64,000 nt of DNA. Source: Propionibacteriaceae bacterium. Its GTDB lineage: Bacteria; Actinomycetota; Actinomycetes; Propionibacteriales; Propionibacteriaceae. Made by a program: the position numbers and the translations under genes. Shown piece after piece: positions 57,697 to 64,000 of this stretch. A model generated the notes under the pieces. That model had not been told where the DNA came from. It worked only from the letters and a program-made list of their open reading frames with translations, and made no database searches. The stretch covers positions 56,537-120,536 of the forward strand of contig JAFKJK010000012.1 of NCBI GenBank assembly GCA_017306015.1. Direction: 5' to 3'. The stretch's first letter is position 1. Each line of letters opens with the position of its first letter.

Positions 57697-58570
57697 GCCG
57701 GTGGCCGGGGACTACCTGGAGACCAACCGCGCCAACTGGGACAGCCGCGCGCCGATCCACGAGCAGGCCTACGGCATCGAGCGCTACCTCACCGATCCGG
57801 ACGCCATCAGCGAGGTGGTCGCCTTCGACCTCCCGCGACTCGGACGCCTCGACGGCCTGGACGTCGTCCACCTCCAGTGCCACATCGGCACCGACACCCT
57901 CAGCCTGGCCCGGCTGGGAGCCGCGAGTGTCACCGGAGTGGACCTCTCGCCGGTCTCGCTGGACGCGGCTCGCCGGCTGGCCACGCAGACCCACACCGCG
58001 ATCGACTACGTCGAATCAGACGTCTACTCGGCTCCGTCCGCCCTTGCCGGGAGGCAGTTCGACCTGGTCTACACGGGGATCGGCGCGATCTGCTGGCTGC
58101 CGTCCATTGCCCGCTGGGCTCAGGTCGTGGCGGCCCTGCTGCGTCCGGGTGGACGGCTGTTCATCCGCGACGGGCACCCGGTGCTGAACGCGCTGATCCC
58201 CCAGCAAGTGGGCGCCGAGAGCCCGGACCGGGCGCAGCAGCCGGCGATCACCGGGACGGGCGGCCTCACCTACGCGCTCGAGTTGCCGTATGTCGAGCAG
58301 TCCGAGCCGGTCGTCTGGAACGACGAGCACACCTACGCCGGGGAGGACGTCGTCACGTCACCCACCAGCGTCGAATGGAACCATGGCATCGGCGAGATCG
58401 TCACGGCCGTCCTGGACGCCGGCCTGCGGCTGACGAGCCTGGTCGAGCACGACTCCGTCCCGTGGGCACCGTTCGACGGCATGGTCCAGGATGCGGTCGG
58501 CGAGTGGCGCCTCGCCGACCGTCCCGAGCGGCTGCCGGCGAGCTTCACCCTGACCGCCGTGAAGCCCTGA
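57686..58570 (+). CDS. Class I SAM-dependent methyltransferase
   Basis: From ORF 57563..58570, trimmed to ATG 57686. SAM-binding motif I VVHLQCHIGTDTLSLA, an acidic loop VTGVDLS, and post-I FDLVYTGIG. Confidence 0.75.
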   Translation: MSPEPVAGDYLETNRANWDSRAPIHEQAYGIERYLTDPDAISEVVAFDLPRLGRLDGLDVVHLQCHIGTDTLSLARLGAASVTGVDLSPVSLDAARRLATQTHTAIDYVESDVYSAPSALAGRQFDLVYTGIGAICWLPSIARWAQVVAALLRPGGRLFIRDGHPVLNALIPQQVGAESPDRAQQPAITGTGGLTYALELPYVEQSEPVVWNDEHTYAGEDVVTSPTSVEWNHGIGEIVTAVLDAGLRLTSLVEHDSVPWAPFDGMVQDAVGEWRLADRPERLPASFTLTAVKP

Positions 58571-58606
58571 CCGCCGTGAAGCCCTGACCGCCGTGAAGCA
58601 CTGACC
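58549..58606. repeat. 17-bp tandem repeat (about 3.4 copies) spanning the methyltransferase stop codon
   Basis: cctgaccgccgtgaagc x3, followed by a partial copy. Confidence 0.85.
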
Positions 58607-58623
58607 CGGATCCGGCAGCACGC

Positions 58624-61600
58624 TCAGCCGCCGGGCTCCAGCAGCGCCCGGATGTCGGCGGCAGTGAGCTTGCCGCCGAAGCCGGAGCCGTCGCCGACGA
58701 CGCTGTCGAACAGGTCGCGCTTGCGCTGCTGCAGGGCGACGACCTTCTCCTCGATGGTGTCCTCGCTGACCAGCCGGTAGACCATCACGGTCGCGTCCTG
58801 ACCGATCCGGTGGGTGCGGTCGACGGCCTGGTTCTCGGCGGCCGGGTTCCACCACGGGTCGAGGATGAACACGTAGTCGGCCTCGGTGAGGGTGAGTCCG
58901 AAGCCGCCGGCCTTGAGGCTGATCAGGAACAGCGGGTCGTCGCCGGAGCGGAAGTGCTGGATCCGCCACTCGCGGTCGCGGGTGCGTCCGTCGAGGTAGG
59001 AGTAGCGGACGCCTTCGGCGTCCAGCCGGTCGCGGACGAGGCTGAGGAACCCGGTGAACTGGCTGAACACCAGGCCGCGGTGGCCCTCCGCGGTCAGGTC
59101 GGCGACGAGTTCGACGAGCGCGTCGATCTTGGCGGACGCCGGCGGCGCGGTGTCATCCAGAAGTGCCGGTGACAAGGCGAGCTGGCGCAGCTGGGTGAGG
59201 GCGGCGAGGATCTGGATCCGGTTGTGGTCGAGGTCGCCGACCAGCCCGAGGACCTGCTTGCGGACGGCGGCGAGGTGCCGGTCGTAGGTGCGTCGGTGCC
59301 CGGGGGCGAGCGGGATGCTGAGCACCTGCTCCTGCTTCGGCGGCAGTTCGGTGGCGACCTCGGCCTTCGTCCGCCGCAGCATCACCGGACGCACCCGCCG
59401 CCGCAGCCTGGCCAACTCGTCCGCACCGTCGCCGCGCTCGATCGGACGGCGGTACAGCTCGGTGAACGACTCCGGGTCGGGGAACAGGCCGGGGGTGGCG
59501 ATCGACAGCATCGACCACAGGTCCATCAGGCTGTTCTCCAGCGGCGTCCCGGTGACCGCGAATCGCACCTGGGCGCGCAGCCGGCGGACGGCCTTGTAGG
59601 TGGCGGCCTGCCGGTTCTTCACGAACTGCGCCTCGTCGAGGATCACCGCACCCCACGGCTCGGCGGCGTACTCGTCGTCGCCGAGCCGCAGCAGCGTGTA
59701 CGAGGTGACGACCACGTCCGCCCGGGCCCGCACCTCGGCGAGGGTCTCGCCGCGCTTGGCGACCGTCCGCTCGACGACCTCGACCCGCAGGCCGGGCGCG
59801 AACTGGGCGGCCTGGGACGCCCAGGTGCTGAGGACGGACGTGGGCGCGAGCACCAGCACCGGTGGGGCGTCCAGGTCGTCGAGGCGCGCCTGGAGGATCG
59901 CCGCGAGGAGTTGGACGGTCTTGCCGAGCCCCATGTCGTCGGCGAGGATGCCGCCGAGCCGGGAGCGCCACAGGAAGGTCAGCCAGCCGAAGCCCGTGCG
60001 CTGGTAGGGACGCAGCGTCGCGGTCAGGGCGACCGGCACCTCGGGCGGCTCGATGGCCTCGGCGTCCAGCAGCCCCGCGACGGCCCGCTGCCATGCCGCC
60101 GACTGCTCGGCGACGACACCGAGGGCGACGAGCTCCTCCCACAGGCCGGCGTGCTCGGCCCTGAGCCGGAGCCCCTTCTCGCCCTTCGGCTGCAGCATGG
60201 AGGCCTCGGCGATGACGGCGCGGAGCTGTTCCAGTTCGGGGCGGTCGAGGCTGAACCAGGTGCCGGAGTCGAGGATCAGGTGCGTCTCGCCGGACGCCAG
60301 CGCGGCGAACAACTCGGCGAAGGCGACCTCCTCGCCGTCCAGGCTGACCTGCACGTCGAGGTTGAACCAGTCGCCGCCGGACTCGTCGGAGTCGGTCACG
60401 GCCAGCCGCACCGCCGGAGCCGAATCGCTGTAGCGGTAGTCGGGACGCTCGCCGACCAGGGTCACGTCGATGTCGTCGCGGGCCTCCAGCTCGGGAAGCG
60501 ATGCCTCGACGAAGCGGGCGGCGTCCGGGCCACGCAGCCGGTGGTGGGGACGCAGGTGCGGCGCGTCCGGCGTCCCCTCGACGGCCCACGGCGCGAACGG
60601 GAGGGACGCTGCCAGCGCCCCCTCGGCGTCCGGATCCCGGAAGGGCGGGTCGTCGCGCCCGGGTTCAGCGGGGACGTCCACGGCGTCCCCTCCGGCCCGG
60701 TAGCGGAAGCCCCAGTGGAGTTCGGTGATGTGCCCGGGCAGGAAGGTGACCGCGAGGGTGAGGGTGGGCGCCGAGACGGCCGGCAGGTCGACGTCGTCGG
60801 CGACGACGACGGTGGTGGTGCGCCGCAGCGCGGGCAGGTAGCCGGTGGCGAAGCTGACCAGGTCGTCCCGGGGGACGACGATCCGCCGGTTGGCGAGCGC
60901 GAGCTGGACGTGGGCGGCCGATAACGGCTTCGCGAAGCCGCCCAGGACGAGCGTGTCGCGGTCGGTCAGGGCGACCCCGTGGCCGGGATTGTCGCCGATC
61001 AGGGACGTGCGGGAGGGGGACCAGTCGCGTCCCTCGGCGAGGATCGTGGTAGTGAGGACGACTCCCGCACCGTCGGCGGAGATGCGGGTGACCAGCTCGG
61101 CGGGCTCGTCGAGCACGCGGACGGCGGCGACCCCGCGTCCGGGGACGAGCTCGACGCCCGCGTCGGCGGCCTGGCGCAGCAGCGGCCAGACCTGGCTGCC
61201 GAGACGCTCCAGCGAGAGCGACTCACCATTGGAGCCGTAGCCGTAGTAGTACGACCCGGTGGCGTAGCGCAGGCGTCCGATGGCGGCCAGCGGGGCGCGC
61301 TGGGCCTCGATCCAGGTGCTCCGCCAGCTGTTCTGGAGGTCGTCCCAGCCGGCGCCGGTCTTGATCCAGCGGTCCCGGTTGCCGCGCATCAGGGGCCGGA
61401 TCTGGACGGCGTCGGCGTAGCCCCGCTCGACCTGCAGGGCGAGCGGGGTGCGTCCCTGCCGGGACTGGCGGTCGGCGTCGGCGAGGGTGGCCAGCGCCCG
61501 CTGCCAGCCGGGCGCGCCGATGGGCCGGCCGCGCGCCTGGGTGGCCTGGGCGACCAGCAGGACGGCGACTCCGTGCTTGCAGTTGACCCCGACCGGGCAG

Positions 61601-61839
61601 CTGCAGACGCTGCTCGGCGGCGACTCCGGACGCAGCGTGACGACGGTCTGGTAGCGGCGTCCCCGGGTGCCGATGACGGTCGCCTGGACGATCACCCCTG
61701 CCGACGACGTCCCCCACTGCGGCGTCCCGACCCGGCCGTCGGAGGCGTACTCGCGACCCAGCATGATGCTGGACCGGGCGAAGCTCGCCTCCAGCGAGGC
61801 CACCGCAGCCGAGACGGTCGCGGCGAGGTCCAGGGTCAC
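58624..61839 (-). CDS. SWIM zinc-finger / SNF2-family helicase (HelZ-like)
   Basis: 1071 aa. N-terminal SWIM motif CSCPVGVNCKHGVAVLL; SNF2 ATPase motifs ILADDMGLGKT, ILDEAQFVKN, TGTPLENS; helicase C motifs LVFSQFT, GGFGLTLTEADYV, NPAAENQAVDRTHRIGQ. Confidence 0.9.
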   Translation of the reverse strand: MTLDLAATVSAAVASLEASFARSSIMLGREYASDGRVGTPQWGTSSAGVIVQATVIGTRGRRYQTVVTLRPESPPSSVCSCPVGVNCKHGVAVLLVAQATQARGRPIGAPGWQRALATLADADRQSRQGRTPLALQVERGYADAVQIRPLMRGNRDRWIKTGAGWDDLQNSWRSTWIEAQRAPLAAIGRLRYATGSYYYGYGSNGESLSLERLGSQVWPLLRQAADAGVELVPGRGVAAVRVLDEPAELVTRISADGAGVVLTTTILAEGRDWSPSRTSLIGDNPGHGVALTDRDTLVLGGFAKPLSAAHVQLALANRRIVVPRDDLVSFATGYLPALRRTTTVVVADDVDLPAVSAPTLTLAVTFLPGHITELHWGFRYRAGGDAVDVPAEPGRDDPPFRDPDAEGALAASLPFAPWAVEGTPDAPHLRPHHRLRGPDAARFVEASLPELEARDDIDVTLVGERPDYRYSDSAPAVRLAVTDSDESGGDWFNLDVQVSLDGEEVAFAELFAALASGETHLILDSGTWFSLDRPELEQLRAVIAEASMLQPKGEKGLRLRAEHAGLWEELVALGVVAEQSAAWQRAVAGLLDAEAIEPPEVPVALTATLRPYQRTGFGWLTFLWRSRLGGILADDMGLGKTVQLLAAILQARLDDLDAPPVLVLAPTSVLSTWASQAAQFAPGLRVEVVERTVAKRGETLAEVRARADVVVTSYTLLRLGDDEYAAEPWGAVILDEAQFVKNRQAATYKAVRRLRAQVRFAVTGTPLENSLMDLWSMLSIATPGLFPDPESFTELYRRPIERGDGADELARLRRRVRPVMLRRTKAEVATELPPKQEQVLSIPLAPGHRRTYDRHLAAVRKQVLGLVGDLDHNRIQILAALTQLRQLALSPALLDDTAPPASAKIDALVELVADLTAEGHRGLVFSQFTGFLSLVRDRLDAEGVRYSYLDGRTRDREWRIQHFRSGDDPLFLISLKAGGFGLTLTEADYVFILDPWWNPAAENQAVDRTHRIGQDATVMVYRLVSEDTIEEKVVALQQRKRDLFDSVVGDGSGFGGKLTAADIRALLEPGG

Positions 61840-61940
61840 CGATCAAGCCTACGGCGGGGCGGAGACAGCTGCCGCGAGCAGCTCGCGCCAAGCGCCTTGG
61901 GGGCTCGACATGCGTTTCTCATGCCACTATACTGGCTTGC

Positions 61941-62171
61941 ATGTCTGCACTCCAGGTCCGCAATATTCCCGATGAGGTTCAGCGCGTCCTCAAGCAACGC
62001 GCGGCTCGCGCAGGACAGAGCCTGTCCGAGTACGTTCTCGGCGAACTCCGTGTGCTCGCCGAGCGCCCGACGATCGAGGAACTGACCGAGCGCATCGCGC
62101 TGCGCGGACATGTCGACGTCGCCGTGCCTGCAGCGGACATCCTGTTCGAAGAACGCCTCAGGCGTCCCTGA
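61941..62171 (+). CDS. Type II antitoxin, ribbon-helix-helix (FitA/VapB-like)
   Basis: 76 aa; MSALQVRNIPDEVQRVLKQRAARAGQSLSEYVL is a classic RHH N-terminus. Its stop overlaps the PIN gene start. Confidence 0.8.
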   Translation: MSALQVRNIPDEVQRVLKQRAARAGQSLSEYVLGELRVLAERPTIEELTERIALRGHVDVAVPAADILFEERLRRP

Positions 62172-62572
62172 TGACGCTCGTCGTCGACGCGTCCGCGCTG
62201 GCCGAATTTCTGGTCGGCAGTCCGCGCGGCGTAGCGGTCGCCAGCGCACTGGCCAGGGATCCCCAACGCCACCTTCCTCACCTCGCCATCGTCGAGACAA
62301 TGTCCGTCATGCGTCGCTGGGCCCGCACCGGACAGGTCACCGAGCCGCGCGCCCGTGCCGCTCTCACTGACCTCGCCGACTTCCCCGCCAGCCGTTGGTC
62401 GATCGAGCCGCTGCTGCCGCGCATCTGGGAGCTTCGTGACAACCTGTCGGCCTACGACGCCAGCTACGTCGCTCTCGCCGAGGCACTTGAGGCGACACTC
62501 CTGACCGCCGACGCTCGACTCGAACGCGCCCTCCGAGGCGTGAGTGATTGCATGATCGAGCTGATCAGCTGA
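62171..62572 (+). CDS. vapC: PIN-domain ribonuclease toxin (VapC family)
   Basis: 133 aa with acidic residues at the canonical positions: LVVDASAL, LAIVET, AYDASYVALAE, LLTADARL. Confidence 0.85.
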   Translation: MTLVVDASALAEFLVGSPRGVAVASALARDPQRHLPHLAIVETMSVMRRWARTGQVTEPRARAALTDLADFPASRWSIEPLLPRIWELRDNLSAYDASYVALAEALEATLLTADARLERALRGVSDCMIELIS

Positions 62573-62575
62573 CCG

Positions 62576-63283
62576 CTACCGTCCAACCGCGGCCACAACC
62601 GCGTCGAGCACCTCGGGATCGCTGAGGACGCGGAAGTGGCCGACCGCCGCCACCTCGATGTTGGTCGCGCCCTCCAGCTGCGAGCCTTCGGGAACGTGCT
62701 GGTCCAGGGCCGGGTAGATGGACGTGATCCTCGCGTTGACTTCGGTGTTCGCCTCCAGCGCCACGATCGCCGCATCTTCGGGACGCAGCGCGCCGATCAC
62801 CCGTCCGGGCACATAGCGCGCCAGGCTCGACCCGTGCCACGGCGTGGCGATCGCGATCAGCTGCGCGACCCGTCCGTCCACGTCCTCGATCAGCAGCCGC
62901 TTGCCGATCAGCCCGCCCTTGCTGTGCGCCACGATGACCACCCCGCGCAGCTCCCGCTCCCGCAGCACGTCGGTGACCAGCGACGCGGCGTCCGCCACCG
63001 AGATCGTGTTGATCGCCAGCGCGTCCACCACATGGATCGGATGGCCCTGCGCGTGCAGCCGCTCGGCGATCGGCAGCATCAGCGACCAGGGCTCCAGCAC
63101 CCCGGGCAGCACCACCACCGGCGCCCGGTCACCGTCCGCGAAGATCGCCGGCACCACGCGCTCCCCCCAGCCACGCAGCTGCCGGCTCGCGATGTAGAGG
63201 TAGTCCCGTGCCCACTCCGGGCCCTGCGCCAGGGTCCGCCGCCGCCAGTCGTGCCCGGCCGGCGGCAGCTCACCGGAGGGCAT
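62576..63283 (-). CDS. Alpha/beta hydrolase (lipase/esterase-like)
   Basis: 235 aa; nucleophile elbow AHSKGG and a PVVVLPG oxyanion region. Confidence 0.7.
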   Translation of the reverse strand: MPSGELPPAGHDWRRRTLAQGPEWARDYLYIASRQLRGWGERVVPAIFADGDRAPVVVLPGVLEPWSLMLPIAERLHAQGHPIHVVDALAINTISVADAASLVTDVLRERELRGVVIVAHSKGGLIGKRLLIEDVDGRVAQLIAIATPWHGSSLARYVPGRVIGALRPEDAAIVALEANTEVNARITSIYPALDQHVPEGSQLEGATNIEVAAVGHFRVLSDPEVLDAVVAAVGR

Positions 63284-63977
63284 GTTCGTACAGGTGGCCG
63301 GCGATCAGCTCGGGCGCGGCGAACATCGTCGCGTGCGGTCCCGGGACGGTGACGAACCAGTTCTCGGGGAACAGCCCGGCCAACTCGCGTCCCCACTCCA
63401 CCGGCACCACCGGGTCGTCGGTTCCGCAGATCACCAGCGTCTTCGCGCTGACCGCGCCGGCGATGTCCTCCATCCGCTCGTTGAGCAGGTGCGGCAGCTG
63501 CTGCGCCATGTACGGCACGCCCGCCCGGAACAGGTAGTCGTAGAACGCGATCAGGCCGACGATCGGCGGCTCGCGCAGGCCGTCCCGCAGCAGCAGCCCG
63601 GCAACCTTCAGCAGCGACCGGGCGTCCGGGACGACCACCGGCGCGATCAGGGCGATGTGGTCGACCTGGTCGGGCCAGTTCGCGGCCAGCTGCACCACGA
63701 CCTGCGTCCCCATCGAGTGCCCGACGACCACCGGATGGTCCAGCTTCTTCTCGGCCAGGAAGTCGCTCAGCACCTGCGCGTGGCCGACGATGCTCAGATC
63801 ACCGTCCGGACGCGGGGAGCGCCCGTAGCCGGGCAGGTCGACCAGGTAGACGTCCCCGTACTTCGCCAACTCGGCCGCCGTCGGGCCGTACGAGCGGGCC
63901 GACACCCCGATGCCGTGCACCAGGACGAAGTCGGGCGCGCTCCGGTCGCCCCTCAGCCCGAACCGGTAGACGACCAT
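63270..63977 (-). CDS. Alpha/beta hydrolase
   Basis: 235 aa; FVLVHGIG, nucleophile elbow GHSMGT, and C-terminal D/H (GTDDPVVP, PGPHATMF). It overlaps the downstream hydrolase gene by 14 nt. Confidence 0.75.
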   Translation of the reverse strand: MVVYRFGLRGDRSAPDFVLVHGIGVSARSYGPTAAELAKYGDVYLVDLPGYGRSPRPDGDLSIVGHAQVLSDFLAEKKLDHPVVVGHSMGTQVVVQLAANWPDQVDHIALIAPVVVPDARSLLKVAGLLLRDGLREPPIVGLIAFYDYLFRAGVPYMAQQLPHLLNERMEDIAGAVSAKTLVICGTDDPVVPVEWGRELAGLFPENWFVTVPGPHATMFAAPELIAGHLYEHALR

Positions 63978-64000
63978 GGACGCGTCCTCGTGGCCGTACC

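Overview
High-GC (about 70%) chromosomal segment that looks actinobacterial. All calls come from reading the supplied ORF translations and the DNA by eye, with no database search. The content is mostly core metabolism. Six purine or pyrimidine genes are scattered across the window (purL, purC, purB, purD, purA, pyrE). Other housekeeping genes are a pabB-pabC fusion, gdhA, dcd, class II fba, a SpoU methyltransferase, DedA, a Sir2 deacetylase and LemA. Several accessory modules are interleaved:
- an OmpR/histidine-kinase pair next to a secreted protein with a (GGGT)x18 linker;
- a family-5 ABC importer operon with a ROK regulator (apparently frameshifted), a GH4 6-phospho-beta-glucosidase and a BadF-type kinase;
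- a DeoR/PfkB-kinase pair convergent with a mannitol-family PTS plus a Zn-dehydrogenase;
- a GH94 cellobiose phosphorylase;
- a Nur-like Fur regulator with a NikMN-Q-O ECF transporter;
- two RHH/PIN toxin-antitoxin pairs flanking a SWIM-SNF2 helicase;
- two alpha/beta hydrolases.
The best candidate for an undescribed system is a translationally coupled minus-strand operon at 35.5-40.0 kb. It encodes a processive GT2 beta-glycan synthase, a HlyD-like membrane-fusion protein without a coiled coil, and a GH81 lipoprotein. It sits behind 1.18 kb of non-coding, repeat-filled leader, and I read it as a possible beta-1,3-glucan synthesis and secretion machine.
The second striking property is repeat load, in three dispersed families:
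1. A 30-nt TGAACC...GGTTCA element, about 28-30 copies in six clusters at gene 3' ends. It supplies stop codons or C-terminal tails to some genes.
2. CCCGGG-type hairpins (tcatcccggcgaaagccggga / gatcccgggtcaagcccgggat). They form an ~875-bp array and also lie in frame inside purL, an ABC ATPase gene and the GH81 signal peptide.
3. Two ~60-bp perfect palindromes carrying compensatory substitutions.
I saw no rRNA, tRNA, CRISPR, transposase or integrase.
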